A stretch of DNA of 52,829 nucleotides from Cytophagaceae bacterium (lineage in GTDB: Bacteria; Bacteroidota; Bacteroidia; Cytophagales; Spirosomataceae): contig JAJAZB010000078.1 of NCBI GenBank assembly GCA_026785975.1, positions 1 through 52,829 of the forward strand. Direction: 5' to 3'. Below are positions 17,900-28,120 of the stretch, piece by piece. Under the pieces are notes generated by a model. It did not search any database and had not been told where the DNA came from. It worked only from the letters and a program-made list of their open reading frames with translations. Each line of letters begins with the position of its first letter. Within the stretch, counting starts at the first letter, position 1. Made by a program: the position numbers and the translations under genes.

Positions 17900-18601
17900 T
17901 TACCTTCCCTTCAATTCAGTTTCCTCAAAAAGTACGTTGTTGAGGAAATCCAGGAAGGGTTTAAGAATACGACCATGACTTGCTATTTGGTCGGCGAAAT
18001 CAGCGGATAGGGCTTCATTATCGCTAAAGCGGTGCATATAAAAAAGCTGCGTTCGCCGGAGTAAGGGCAGTTCCGGGTGATCTTTCGCGTAGCCTTTCGG
18101 GGTGGTTTTCAATTGGGTGCCCTTGGCCTGGCCAAAACAAGCGACAAAATCGGGTGCTTCGATAATCGCCTTCAGTTCGGCGGCATTATAATCCACTTCC
18201 TGCCGGTATTTTGCCAATTGCTGGGCGGTGGGGGCGTACATCCCTCCGCCCAAAAATGTTTCGCCATCAGACGTATCCACGCCGGGCTCAACGTGCAGGT
18301 AATAATCCATCCGGTTGGCCTTGCGGCCCCCTTCCGAAAAACTGGCCGACAACCAGGTTTTGTACGGCGATTTATCGGGAGTGAAGCGCACGTCGCGGGC
18401 AATGCGGTAGCTACAATTTTTGACCTGCAAACCCGCCAGGTTCTCAAATTGACCGATTTTCTGGATGAGTTCTCCAATCAAAACTTCCATCCCCGATTTC
18501 ACAACGTCGTACTCACTCCGGTGGGCGTGAAACCATTCGCGAGTGTTATTCTGACGCAGTTCACGTAAAAAATGGAACGTGCTGGGGTGTATCGTGGCCA
18601 T
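17900..18601 (-). CDS. DUF2461 (TIGR02453) family protein
   Basis: Trimmed to the ATG at 18601. The N-terminus HPSTFHFLRELRQNNTREWFHAHRSEY is typical of this family by recall. Confidence 0.65.
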   Translation of the reverse strand: MATIHPSTFHFLRELRQNNTREWFHAHRSEYDVVKSGMEVLIGELIQKIGQFENLAGLQVKNCSYRIARDVRFTPDKSPYKTWLSASFSEGGRKANRMDYYLHVEPGVDTSDGETFLGGGMYAPTAQQLAKYRQEVDYNAAELKAIIEAPDFVACFGQAKGTQLKTTPKGYAKDHPELPLLRRTQLFYMHRFSDNEALSADFADQIASHGRILKPFLDFLNNVLFEETELKGR

Positions 18602-18728
18602 GCAACGGGTCGATTGAGTTGTGAAATTAACCAAATCCGCGCACGTGGTTTGAACCTTGCCGGGGTTTTTAAGGATATTTGTGGTTCCAACTTTTTTATC
18701 CGGCTAATTACCGGGCCTGTTTTTCACT

Positions 18729-19700
18729 ATGTCCCGTATTTTAACTGGCATTCAACCTTCCGGCCGGCCGCATCTGGGCAATCTGCTGGGGGCTATTTTA
18801 CCCGCCATTCAGCTCTCGCAAGACCCCGCCAACGAATCATTTTTCTTCATCGCCGACCTCCATTCCCTCATCACCATTAAAAACGCCGAGGAGCGTCGGC
18901 AAAACACGTATGCGGTGGCGGCGGCCTGGTTGGCCTGCGGGTTCGACACCTCGCGCAATGTATTCTGGCGGCAGTCGCGCGTACCCGAGCACACCGAGTT
19001 GGCCTGGTACCTCAACTGCTTTACGCCGTTTCCGATGCTGGTCAATGCGACTTCCTTCAAGGACAAATCGGAACAACTCTCTGACGTCAACGCCGGTCTG
19101 TTCATGTATCCGGTGTTGCAGGCCGCCGATATTTTGCTTTACGACGCCAACCTCGTGCCCGTTGGCAAGGACCAAAAGCAACACCTGGAAATGACCCGCG
19201 ACATTGCGGCCAGTGTGAACCATCAGTACGAAACGGAAATTTTGGTGTTGCCCGAGGCCCGCATCGACGAACAGGTGATGACCATCCCAGGGCTGGACGG
19301 ACGAAAGATGAGTAAGTCGCTCAACAATTACATCGACGTGTTTTTGCCGGAAAAAGAATTACGCAAGCAAGTGATGGGCATTGTCACGGATAGTACGCCC
19401 CTGGAGGAACCCAAAAATCCCGACGGCGATACGGTGTTCACGCTGTATTCCCTGATCGCGGCTCCGGCTGATGCGCAAAAAATGCGTGAAAATTACCTCG
19501 CGGGTGGCTACGGCTACGGCCACGCCAAGCAAGCATTACACGAAGCGATTTTAAAAAAGTTTGCCGCCGAGCGGGAGCACTTCAATCATTACATGACGCA
19601 CGTGCAAGAGTTGGAAGACGCCTTGCAGGCCGGGGAAGCCAAAGCCCGCGCCATCGCCGGAGAGACCATCAAACGGGTTAGAGCCGTCCTGGGTTATTAA
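18729..19700 (+). CDS. trpS: Tryptophan--tRNA ligase
   Basis: The HIGH-like motif is GIQPSGRPHLGNLLGA and the KMSKS motif is present. The 323-aa size is class Ic. Confidence 0.92.
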   Translation: MSRILTGIQPSGRPHLGNLLGAILPAIQLSQDPANESFFFIADLHSLITIKNAEERRQNTYAVAAAWLACGFDTSRNVFWRQSRVPEHTELAWYLNCFTPFPMLVNATSFKDKSEQLSDVNAGLFMYPVLQAADILLYDANLVPVGKDQKQHLEMTRDIAASVNHQYETEILVLPEARIDEQVMTIPGLDGRKMSKSLNNYIDVFLPEKELRKQVMGIVTDSTPLEEPKNPDGDTVFTLYSLIAAPADAQKMRENYLAGGYGYGHAKQALHEAILKKFAAEREHFNHYMTHVQELEDALQAGEAKARAIAGETIKRVRAVLGY

Positions 19701-19711
19701 ACTATTCCTTG

Positions 19712-20284
19712 ATGCTTGAAATCCTCAACCGTCTGGATACCGAAGCGTTTTTGTGGCTAAACGCCCAAAACAACGCCTGGCTCGATCCGGTGATGTATTG
19801 GGTTTCTGACCGCGAAATCTGGTTCCCGTTTTATGCCGTAATTCTATTCTGGCTCGGCTGGACGTACCGGTTACGGGCGTTGGCCATTGCCTTGACGATC
19901 GGGGTTTCGGTGGCGATTGGCGATCAGGTGACCTCCAGTTTCTTCAAACCGACGTTCATGCGCCTGCGTCCCTGCCATGAACCGGCCATCGATCAATGGG
20001 TGCATTTGGTCTGGGAATGCGGCGGACAATATGGTTTTGCTTCTTCGCACGCCGCAAATAGTTTCGGATTTGCTACTGTTTTAACTCTTTTGCTGGGGCA
20101 GAGTCAGCCCTGGGTGCGGCTTTTGTACGTTTGGGCAATAGTAATTTCCTATAGTCGTATTTATGTCGGCGCCCATTATCCTCTCGACGTGCTGGCTGGT
20201 GCGGGTATTGGCGTTTTGGGTGCCTCGCTGTCGGTGAGTGGGTACCGTTTTTTTGAAAATCAATATCATTTCAAATCTTTATGA
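19712..20284 (+). CDS. PAP2 family phosphatase
   Basis: The three PAP2 motifs are KPTFMRLRP, SSH and SRIYVGAHYPLD. The ATG is at 19712; the track start at 19709 is a TTG. Confidence 0.8.
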   Translation: MLEILNRLDTEAFLWLNAQNNAWLDPVMYWVSDREIWFPFYAVILFWLGWTYRLRALAIALTIGVSVAIGDQVTSSFFKPTFMRLRPCHEPAIDQWVHLVWECGGQYGFASSHAANSFGFATVLTLLLGQSQPWVRLLYVWAIVISYSRIYVGAHYPLDVLAGAGIGVLGASLSVSGYRFFENQYHFKSL

Positions 20285-20727
20285 ACCTGCGCATTTTTTG
20301 TTTAATGGCCCTGTTGTTTACCAGTTCTTCCCTGCTTTCTGTTTGTGCTCAATCGGCCAACGATGTTGTTGGAATCTGGTTTAATGAAGAGAAAGATGCC
20401 AAAATCCAGATTTACCGGCAAGGCGATAAGTTTTCCGGCAAAATTGTCTGGTTGAAAAACGCGACCAGCCCGAGCGGTAAACCCCGCACGGACGATAACA
20501 ATCCCGATGATGTTCAACGTAGCCGTCAACTCATGGGATTACTACTCTTACGCGACTTTGTACACGACGGGGGCAATTTATGGAATGAAGGGAAAATTTA
20601 CGATCCCAAAAGTGGGAAGACCTATTCCTGCAAAATGACGCTCAGTACCCGCAATCGACTTGATCTTCGTGGCTACATCGGAACGCCGTTGCTCGGGCGC
20701 ACAGCTCGTTGGGCAAGGGCCGAGTAG
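20281..20727 (+). CDS. DUF2147 domain protein
   Basis: It has a signal peptide and VVGIWFNEEKDAKIQIYRQGDKFSGKIVWLK. There is an ATGA overlap with the PAP2 gene. Confidence 0.7.
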   Translation: MNLRIFCLMALLFTSSSLLSVCAQSANDVVGIWFNEEKDAKIQIYRQGDKFSGKIVWLKNATSPSGKPRTDDNNPDDVQRSRQLMGLLLLRDFVHDGGNLWNEGKIYDPKSGKTYSCKMTLSTRNRLDLRGYIGTPLLGRTARWARAE

Positions 20728-20730
20728 GTA

Positions 20731-20751
20731 GCGCCGACCTCCGGTCGGTGT
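20731..20751. repeat. 21-mer GCGCCGACCTCCGGTCGGTGT, copy 2 of 2
   Basis: Identical to 859-879. It lies 3 nt after the DUF2147 stop. Confidence 0.8.
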
Positions 20752-20895
20752 ATCTGGTCTGCACTCAGCACACCCAAGAATGCTTCCTAAAACGGGCAGA
20801 CTCGCGCAGGTTTACACCCCCGCCAACACGATTTCCTAAGCTAATCCTGTACTTCTTTGCCTTTTTTCCTTAATTTTGCGGGAAATTTACCCAAG

Positions 20896-21837
20896 ATGGC
20901 TTCCCTCAATCCCGTTAAAATCTTCTCCGGTAGTGCGTCTCAACAACTGGCCAAACAGATTGCCCGTCACTACGGAAAAGACTTGGGTACCGTCACTCTT
21001 CAGCGGTTTGCCGACGGCGAATTGTCGCCAAGTTTTGACGAATCCATTCGGGGTTGCGATATTTTCATCATTCAAAGCACGTTTTCCCCCGCCGAAAACC
21101 TGTTGGAATTGCTCATGCTGGTCGACGCCGCCCGGCGGGCTTCGGCCCACTACGTCACCGTCGTGATTCCCTACTTCGGCTACTCCCGGCAAGATCGGAA
21201 AGACAAGCCGCGCGTGTCGATTGCCGCCAAACTAGTCGCTAATCTGTTTACTGCTGCGGGCACGGACCGGTTAATTACGATTGACTTGCACGCCGGGCAG
21301 ATCCAGGGATTTTTTGACTTCCCGGTGGACCACCTCGAAGGGGCGTCGGTTTTTGTTCCTTATTTACGGAGCAAAAACCTGGATAATCTGGTGTTTGCCT
21401 CGCCGGACGTCGGCGGTGTAGCCCGGACGCGGCGGTTTGCATCACATTTTTCCGGCAACATGGTGATTGTGGACAAACAGCGCAAAAAAGCCAATGAGGT
21501 TTCCTCGATGCAACTCATTGGCGACGTGGAAGGTGCTCACGTGGTACTGATCGACGATTTGATCGACACGGGAGGTACCATCTGCAAGGCGGGTAAATTG
21601 ATACTCGAAAAGGGAGCTTTGTCGGTGCGGGCCATTTGCACGCACCCGGTGATGTCGGGAAATGCCCACGAAAACATCGCCAATTCGATGTTGGAAGAAT
21701 TGATCGTATCGGATACGATTCCGATGACGCAATCCAACCCAAAGATTACCGTGCTAACCGTGGCTGAGCTTTTTGGCAAAGCCATTGGTCGCATCCGTGA
21801 TAATGAATCTATTAGCTCGTTGTTTATAAACTATTAA
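20896..21837 (+). CDS. prs: Ribose-phosphate pyrophosphokinase
   Basis: Starts MASLNPVKIFSGSAS. Motifs are YFGYSRQDRK and VLIDDLIDTGGT. Confidence 0.92.
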   Translation: MASLNPVKIFSGSASQQLAKQIARHYGKDLGTVTLQRFADGELSPSFDESIRGCDIFIIQSTFSPAENLLELLMLVDAARRASAHYVTVVIPYFGYSRQDRKDKPRVSIAAKLVANLFTAAGTDRLITIDLHAGQIQGFFDFPVDHLEGASVFVPYLRSKNLDNLVFASPDVGGVARTRRFASHFSGNMVIVDKQRKKANEVSSMQLIGDVEGAHVVLIDDLIDTGGTICKAGKLILEKGALSVRAICTHPVMSGNAHENIANSMLEELIVSDTIPMTQSNPKITVLTVAELFGKAIGRIRDNESISSLFINY

Positions 21838-21840
21838 TTC

Positions 21841-21955
21841 AAGTGAAAAGCGGTCCGCCGCGCGGTGAAAAGTTTTTGGAGTATGCGCAGCCAACTTTTC
21901 ACTTTTCACTGTAAAAACTTTTCACTTTTCACTGTAAAAACTTTTCACTGTAAAC
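21841..21955. repeat. Word-palindrome with a 23-bp tandem array, ending at the rplY ATG
   Basis: GTGAAAAG occurs at 21843 and 21865. The complement CTTTTCAC-TTTTCAC-TGTAAAAA is repeated at 21895-21917 and 21918-21940, with a partial copy at 21941-21955. Confidence 0.8.
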
Positions 21956-22522
21956 ATGAAATCACTCGAGATTGTAGGGTATAAACGAGCGAATCTCGGC
22001 AAGAAGGCCTCCAAGGACTTACGTGCCGAAGCTCAAGTGCCCTGTGTCCTCTACGGAGGTACCGACCATGTCCATTTTCACGCCCCGATGATTCTGTTCC
22101 GCGACCTGTTGTACACCCCCGACGCGTACCAGGTCACGCTCAACATTGAAGGTAGTTTGTACACGGCCATTTTGCAGGAAGCGCAGTTTCATCCGGTTAA
22201 CGAGATGATTCTGCACGTTGATTTCCTTGAAATCATTGAAGGAAAGGCCATCACCATCGAGGTGCCCATCAAATTTGAAGGCAATTCGCCGGGCGTACAA
22301 AAAGGGGGCAAACTCCTCCAGAAACTTCGCAAGATTAAACTGCGGGGTCAGGCTTCGGATATTCCCGATTACATCCTCATCGACATCACGGACCTTGATT
22401 TGGGTAAGTCGGTGAAGGTAAACGAACTTAAGGCAGGAAAGTTTGCCATCCTGAACAACCCCAGCCTGCCCGTCGCTACGGTTGAAATTCCCCGTTCGCT
22501 GCGCGGCAAGGTCGAAGCGTAA
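21956..22522 (+). CDS. rplY: 50S ribosomal protein L25 (Ctc form)
   Basis: 188 aa. Recognisable segments are LRAEAQVPCVLYGG and HPVNEMILHVDFLE. Confidence 0.88.
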   Translation: MKSLEIVGYKRANLGKKASKDLRAEAQVPCVLYGGTDHVHFHAPMILFRDLLYTPDAYQVTLNIEGSLYTAILQEAQFHPVNEMILHVDFLEIIEGKAITIEVPIKFEGNSPGVQKGGKLLQKLRKIKLRGQASDIPDYILIDITDLDLGKSVKVNELKAGKFAILNNPSLPVATVEIPRSLRGKVEA

Positions 22523-22551
22523 GCAGTCACTGTTTTTGAGTTAATAGATTT

Positions 22552-22587
22552 AAAAACGCCGCCCCGAAAATCGGGGCGGCGTTTTTT
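22552..22587. terminator. Bidirectional terminator
   Basis: AAAAACGCCGCCCCGA-AAA-TCGGGGCGGCGTTTTTT lies between rplY (+) and hppA (-). Confidence 0.85.
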
Positions 22588-22640
22588 ATGAATACCGTGC
22601 ATTGACTTACCGCTGTTTTGCTCCGTAGCGTAGAGCGCAA

Positions 22641-25349
22641 TTACTTCTTCGTCACCCGGATCGAAATCCGACGGTTTTGGGCGCGTCCCTCTTTCGTGTC
22701 GTTCGTAGCCACTGAATTTTCTTGTCCGTAGCCTTCGGCTTCGAGGCGGTCGCTGCTAATGCCCAAGCCACCCAACTCCGCCTTCACCGATTGCGCCCGG
22801 TCATTCGACAAGTTCAAATTGGCGTCCGCGTTGCCGGTGTTGTCCGTGTAACCGCCCAATTTTACGTTTGCCCGAGGATTGGCCTTCAAAATCTCAGCGA
22901 TGTTTTTCAACTGCTCCTGCGATGCCGGTTTCAGCGTGGCGCTTCCGGTTTCAAAGGTCAACCGGTCAAAGTCGAACCAGGTTTCCTTGTTGACCGCTTC
23001 GTTTCCTTCGATAAACTTCAGCAATTTGTTTTCGACACCCAATTCGGGGAGGTTCAACTCAACGCCCGAAGGCAGTTTACGGGTTTGGAATTCGCCCAGG
23101 TTCGGCGTGTACACCGTTTCATTGTCGGCGGAGGTCGATTTTTCAAGGTCGATGCCTTCAATTCCACCCACCGCCTCGATGCCTTCACGGGACGCACCCA
23201 GTGTTTCCGACGACTTCACCGCGATGTAGGGCGCAATCACCAGCGAAACGATGGACATGAGTTTAATCAAAATATTCATCGACGGCCCGGACGTATCTTT
23301 GAACGGGTCACCGACGGTATCGCCCGTCACCGAAGCCTTGTGCGGCTCTGATTTTTTGTAGAACCGCTCTACTTTCCCATTGACTTCGATGTCGACGCCT
23401 TTCTCGAACGATTTCTTGGCATTGTCCCAGGCACCTCCGGCGTTGTTTTGGAAAATACCCATCAAGACGCCCGACACCGTAACACCCGCCAGCAAACCAC
23501 CCAGCACTTCAGGGCCAAAAATAAAGCCCACAATCACGGGCACCGACAGGGCAATCGCGCCCGGCAACATCATTTCCCGGATCGAAGCCTGGGTCGAAAT
23601 CGCCACGCATTTGTCGTATTCCGGCTTGCCGGTTCCTTCCAGAATACCGGGAATTTCGCGGAACTGCCGCCGCACCTCTTCCACCATTTTCATGGCCGCC
23701 CGGCCTACCGCCGCGATGGCCAGGGAACTAAAAATAAACGGAATCATGGCCCCAACGAACAAGCCCGAAAGCACGTCGGCTTTGTAAATATCGATGGCCG
23801 AAATACCGGAAATTCCCACAAAGGCCGCAAACAGGGCCAACGCCGTCAGTGCCGCCGAGGCGATAGCAAAACCCTTCCCGGATGCCGCCGTGGTATTTCC
23901 TACCGCGTCCAGAATATCGGTACGACCCCGCACCTCTTCGGGCAAATAACTCATCTCGGCAATCCCGCCCGCGTTGTCGGCGATGGGGCCGAAGGCGTCG
24001 ATGGCCAATTGCATGGCCGTCGTGGCCATCATGCCCGCCGCCGAAATAGCGACCCCGTACAATCCGGCAAAATGATAGGAGGTGTAAATCCCCGCCGCCA
24101 GCACCAAAGTTGGCAACACAGTCGATTCCATTCCCACAGCCAAACCGCCAATGATGTTGGTCGCCGCGCCCGTGGCCGACTGCCGGACGATGGACATCAC
24201 CGGACGGCGGCCCATTGCCGTGTAGTATTCCGTGATAATCGACATCAACGCCCCAACTACGAGTCCCGTGACGATGGCGTAAAAAACATCCATCCGCTCA
24301 AACTCAACGCCCCGAATTTCCATCACGCCGGTTGGTAGTATGGCGTTGACCAGAAAGTACGACGCCACGAGCGTCAGCACGATCGATCCCCAGTTTCCCA
24401 GGTTCAATGCATTCTGCACACTCGCGTTTTCATTTTTAATCCGCACGAGGTAGCAGGCCAGTATCGAGAAAATCAGCCCCATCCCCGCAATGACCACGGG
24501 CAAAACGATGGGCGCGTGACCAAAAATCGAGTCGTTTTGAAGGACAATCTCCCGACCGAGCACCATCGTGGCCAGAATCGTGGCCACGTAGGAACCGAAC
24601 AAATCGGCCCCCATCCCGGCCACGTCGCCCACGTTGTCGCCCACGTTGTCGGCGATGGTCGCGGGGTTGCGCGGATCGTCTTCGGGAATCCCGGCTTCCA
24701 CTTTGCCCACGAGGTCAGCGCCCACGTCGGCGGCTTTGGTGTAAATCCCGCCGCCCACGCGGGCAAACAGGGCGATGGATTCGGCACCGAGCGAAAAGCC
24801 CGCCAGCACTTCCAGCGCGCGTTCCATCGGGATGCCGTTGACCGCGAGAATGCCGTTGACCGGAGCAACGCCGTCAACAAAGTAGTTGTACAGAAAAAGA
24901 AACAGCAGGCTCAGGCCCAAAACGGCCAGCCCCGCCACGCCAATGCCCATCACCGACCCGCCGGTAAACGACACGTCGAGCGCACGGGCGAGACTCGTGC
25001 GGGCGGCGTGGGCCGTGCGCACGTTGGCTTTAGTGGCAATGTTCATCCCGATGTACCCGGCCAGGGCCGAGGTGAACGCACCAATCGCGAAAGCAATGCC
25101 AATAAACCAATGGGAATTGGGCACCTGCGTACCCGCGAAGACCAACACGGCGGCGACGATGACGCCGAAAATAATCAACACGCGCCATTCCGCTCTCAGG
25201 AAAGCAATGGCCCCGTCGGCGATATATCCGGCGATTTCCTGCATCCGGGCGTCCCCGGCATTTTGACGGGCCACCCACACAAATTTTGCGTACATCACCG
25301 CTAAACCCAACAAACCGAGAATAGGAACCAGATAAATAATACTGTTCAT
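22641..25349 (-). CDS. hppA: Membrane ion-pumping pyrophosphatase (K+-dependent type) fused to a C-terminal OmpA-like domain
   Basis: About 711 aa of M-PPase with [19 protein letters not shown] and [15 protein letters not shown] further 191 aa in frame follow, ending in [24 protein letters not shown]...[13 protein letters not shown] (OmpA/MotB peptidoglycan-binding motif). Confidence 0.85.
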   Translation of the reverse strand: MNSIIYLVPILGLLGLAVMYAKFVWVARQNAGDARMQEIAGYIADGAIAFLRAEWRVLIIFGVIVAAVLVFAGTQVPNSHWFIGIAFAIGAFTSALAGYIGMNIATKANVRTAHAARTSLARALDVSFTGGSVMGIGVAGLAVLGLSLLFLFLYNYFVDGVAPVNGILAVNGIPMERALEVLAGFSLGAESIALFARVGGGIYTKAADVGADLVGKVEAGIPEDDPRNPATIADNVGDNVGDVAGMGADLFGSYVATILATMVLGREIVLQNDSIFGHAPIVLPVVIAGMGLIFSILACYLVRIKNENASVQNALNLGNWGSIVLTLVASYFLVNAILPTGVMEIRGVEFERMDVFYAIVTGLVVGALMSIITEYYTAMGRRPVMSIVRQSATGAATNIIGGLAVGMESTVLPTLVLAAGIYTSYHFAGLYGVAISAAGMMATTAMQLAIDAFGPIADNAGGIAEMSYLPEEVRGRTDILDAVGNTTAASGKGFAIASAALTALALFAAFVGISGISAIDIYKADVLSGLFVGAMIPFIFSSLAIAAVGRAAMKMVEEVRRQFREIPGILEGTGKPEYDKCVAISTQASIREMMLPGAIALSVPVIVGFIFGPEVLGGLLAGVTVSGVLMGIFQNNAGGAWDNAKKSFEKGVDIEVNGKVERFYKKSEPHKASVTGDTVGDPFKDTSGPSMNILIKLMSIVSLVIAPYIAVKSSETLGASREGIEAVGGIEGIDLEKSTSADNETVYTPNLGEFQTRKLPSGVELNLPELGVENKLLKFIEGNEAVNKETWFDFDRLTFETGSATLKPASQEQLKNIAEILKANPRANVKLGGYTDNTGNADANLNLSNDRAQSVKAELGGLGISSDRLEAEGYGQENSVATNDTKEGRAQNRRISIRVTKK

Positions 25350-25621
25350 GCAGTGATTTTTTAGTAAGGGTGTAAAAAGTTGCCCGCAAAAATAGAATAA
25401 GCCCGCTATTTAAAAAACTAACGGTTGTTGTCCCCCGGTTCTGAAAATGACATTTGCCTGACAAAAAATTAACAACATCTACCCTACGAACGGTTACGCC
25501 GGTCAGATGGATTCCGCGCTTTTCGGCCTTCACCCGGTTGGCCCAGGAGAAACTTTCGTTTTGCTTTTCTCCCTAAATACCCGCAATTTAGCCTTGTTTC
25601 CATCCCTACCCCGTTCTTCCG

Positions 25622-28087
25622 ATGCTAAAAAGCATTTCCACGTTACTCCTTTTTTTTTGTCTGACGGCCGGCTTTGCCCAACCCCGTCCCCTGCCGCCGG
25701 GTGAAATTCTCCTTAATTTAAAAAAACTCAATGTGGTGGGTTCGGTGCTTTACGTGGCGGCGCATCCCGACGACGAAAACACGGCCATGCTCGCCTGGCT
25801 GGCCAAAGACCGGCTGGTTCGGACGGGCTATTTATCCATCACGCGCGGCGATGGCGGTCAGAATCTCATCGGCCCCGAGCAAGCAGATTTGATGGGCCTC
25901 ATCCGCACGCACGAATTGATCGAAGCCCGGAAAATCGACGGCCCGGAGCAATTTTTCACCCGCGCCAACGACTTTGGTTTTAGTAAATCGACGGAAGAGG
26001 CGTTAAGACTCTGGGATCACGAAAAAGTACTCGGCGACGTGGTTTGGGTCGTGCGAAAGTTTAGGCCCGACGTGATCATCACCCGGTTCCCGCCCGATGC
26101 CCGCGCCGGGCACGGCCAACACTCGGGTTCGGCGGTACTGGCCGAGGAGGCATTCACCGCCGCCGCCGACCCGAAACGTTTCCCCGAACAGTTACAATAC
26201 GTTCAGCCCTGGCAGGCCAAGCGCGTGGTCTGGAATTCCTATTCGCCTAATTTTCAAAGTACTAAACCCAGCGAAGGCGGATTTGTCAGTGCCAGCATCG
26301 GCGATTACAACTCGCTTTTGGCAAAAACCTACCTTGAAATCGCCGCCGAAAGTCGGTCGATGCACAAATCGCAGGGCATGGGTTCGACCAAACAACGCGG
26401 GCAGCGCGTCGATTACCTGCTCCACAAAGCGGGCGATCCGGCCCAAAACGAATTGTTCGATGGTATCGACCTGTCCTGGAAACGGATCAAAGGCGGTGAA
26501 ATCGTTCAAACTACGCTTCAGGAAGCGATCGCCTCGTTTCGGCCCGAAAACCCGGCGGCGGTAGTTCCCTTGCTCGTGCAGGCCTGGAACCAACTGGGCA
26601 ATCTACCGGATGCGAACTGGAAAGCGCAAAAGCGAACCGAAATCGAAAACCTGATTATTGCCTGCGCCGGACTCTGGTTTGAAGCCAACGCCACCGACTA
26701 CGCCACGAGCGGTGGTGATGAAGTAAAAATTTCGGTCAGTGTGGTTAAACGTTCGGAGGCACTCGTCACCCTCGAAACCCTCGATTTTTCGGGTTTGGCC
26801 AACACCGAAAGCCTGAAGGCGGAGTTGAAAAACAACGAATTGGTGACAAAAAATTTCACCCTCAAACTGCCCGCCAACCAGCCGCTCACCCAACCGTACT
26901 GGCTGGCCGAAAAGCACGAGCAGGGCCGCTTCAACGTCAGCGACATTACGTTGGTGGGCTATCCGCAGAAACCCGCTGACTTGCAGGTCGCCTTTACGTT
27001 CAACGTCGCGGGTACGCCGTTGACGTTGCGCCAGCCCATCAGCTACAAGTTCACGGACCCGGTGAAAGGCGAACTCTATCGTCCACTCGAAGTGCGGCCA
27101 GCCGTGACCGTCGATTTGGCCGAAAAAGTCTACGTGTTTGCCGATGCTCAACCCAAGACGGTTGAGTTGCTCGTTAAATCGGCCCGGGCGAATCAATCCG
27201 GGCAGGTTTCGCTCGACGTGCCCACCGGTTGGCGCGTCGAACCGGCCAGTCAGCCCTTCAGTTTGAAGGATAAATATCAAGAAACAAAAATGAGTTTTCG
27301 GGTATTTCCCTCCGCTGCCACTTCAGAAGTTTTGCTGAAAGCCATTGCTAAAACGGCCGATGGGCTGTTTAGCCGGGGACTGCTCACCATTGCCTACGAT
27401 CACATTCCGACCTTGACGCTCTTCCCGCCCTCGGAGGCAAAAATGGTTAAACTTGACCTGAAAACGCGCGGTCGTCGCATTGGGTACATCGCTGGTGCGG
27501 GCGACGATGTTCCGGCGGCGCTCAGGCAAATTGGCTATGACGTCACGCTGCTCAACGAACCCGAAATGAACGGGGATTTAGCCCGATTCGATGCCATCGT
27601 CGTGGGCGTCCGGGCGTACAACACCGAGGAGCGGCTCCGTTTTTCGCAACCCCGACTGTTGAAATACGTCGAGAATGGTGGCAATCTGGTAGTGCAGTAT
27701 CAAACCAACATCAGGCTCGTTACGAAGGAAATCGGCCCCTACCCGCTCACCATTTCCCGTGACCGGGTTACTGCCGAAGAGGCCCCCATCACGTTTCTGA
27801 ACCCCACGCACCCCGTACTCAACTCGCCCAACAAAATCACGCAGTCTGATTTTGCGGGTTGGGTGCAGGAGCGCGGCACCTACTTTGGCGGCACCTGGGA
27901 TAGCCATTACGAACCCATTCTGGCCAGTCAGGATCCGGGAGAAAAGGCGATGGAGGGCGGCTTACTCGTTGCTTCCTACGGGAAAGGGTATTTTGTGTAC
28001 ACCGGTTACGGCTTTTTCAGGCAGTTGCCCGCCGGGGTTCCGGGCGCGTACCGGTTGTTTGCCAACCTGCTTTCTGTGGGAAAATAG
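25622..28087 (+). CDS. PIG-L/LmbE family deacetylase, large multidomain form
   Basis: It has a signal peptide and the LmbE zinc motif VLYVAAHPDDEN. A long C-terminal extension (821 aa total) ends in a region with a GATase1/ThuA-like feel. Confidence 0.7.
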   Translation: MLKSISTLLLFFCLTAGFAQPRPLPPGEILLNLKKLNVVGSVLYVAAHPDDENTAMLAWLAKDRLVRTGYLSITRGDGGQNLIGPEQADLMGLIRTHELIEARKIDGPEQFFTRANDFGFSKSTEEALRLWDHEKVLGDVVWVVRKFRPDVIITRFPPDARAGHGQHSGSAVLAEEAFTAAADPKRFPEQLQYVQPWQAKRVVWNSYSPNFQSTKPSEGGFVSASIGDYNSLLAKTYLEIAAESRSMHKSQGMGSTKQRGQRVDYLLHKAGDPAQNELFDGIDLSWKRIKGGEIVQTTLQEAIASFRPENPAAVVPLLVQAWNQLGNLPDANWKAQKRTEIENLIIACAGLWFEANATDYATSGGDEVKISVSVVKRSEALVTLETLDFSGLANTESLKAELKNNELVTKNFTLKLPANQPLTQPYWLAEKHEQGRFNVSDITLVGYPQKPADLQVAFTFNVAGTPLTLRQPISYKFTDPVKGELYRPLEVRPAVTVDLAEKVYVFADAQPKTVELLVKSARANQSGQVSLDVPTGWRVEPASQPFSLKDKYQETKMSFRVFPSAATSEVLLKAIAKTADGLFSRGLLTIAYDHIPTLTLFPPSEAKMVKLDLKTRGRRIGYIAGAGDDVPAALRQIGYDVTLLNEPEMNGDLARFDAIVVGVRAYNTEERLRFSQPRLLKYVENGGNLVVQYQTNIRLVTKEIGPYPLTISRDRVTAEEAPITFLNPTHPVLNSPNKITQSDFAGWVQERGTYFGGTWDSHYEPILASQDPGEKAMEGGLLVASYGKGYFVYTGYGFFRQLPAGVPGAYRLFANLLSVGK

Positions 28088-28120
28088 TAAATCTATTGGG
28101 TAATCTGAATTTATACTGTC

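Noticed and set aside
21895-21955. Possible CRISPR array (and likewise 35311-35404)
   Set aside because: There are only 2-3 directly abutting units with no unique spacers, no cas genes and unit sizes of 23/47 bp. These are tandem repeats, not CRISPR.
23448-25304. Two long + strand ORFs (296 and 262 aa)
   Set aside because: They are antisense to hppA and have extreme Arg/His/Gly content typical of the reverse frame of a hydrophobic membrane protein gene.
25350-25621. Possible ncRNA or riboswitch in the hppA/PIG-L divergent spacer (also 32489-32820 and 51165-51313)
   Set aside because: I could see no convincing conserved-looking stem architecture or known riboswitch core by eye. The spacer was left unannotated.
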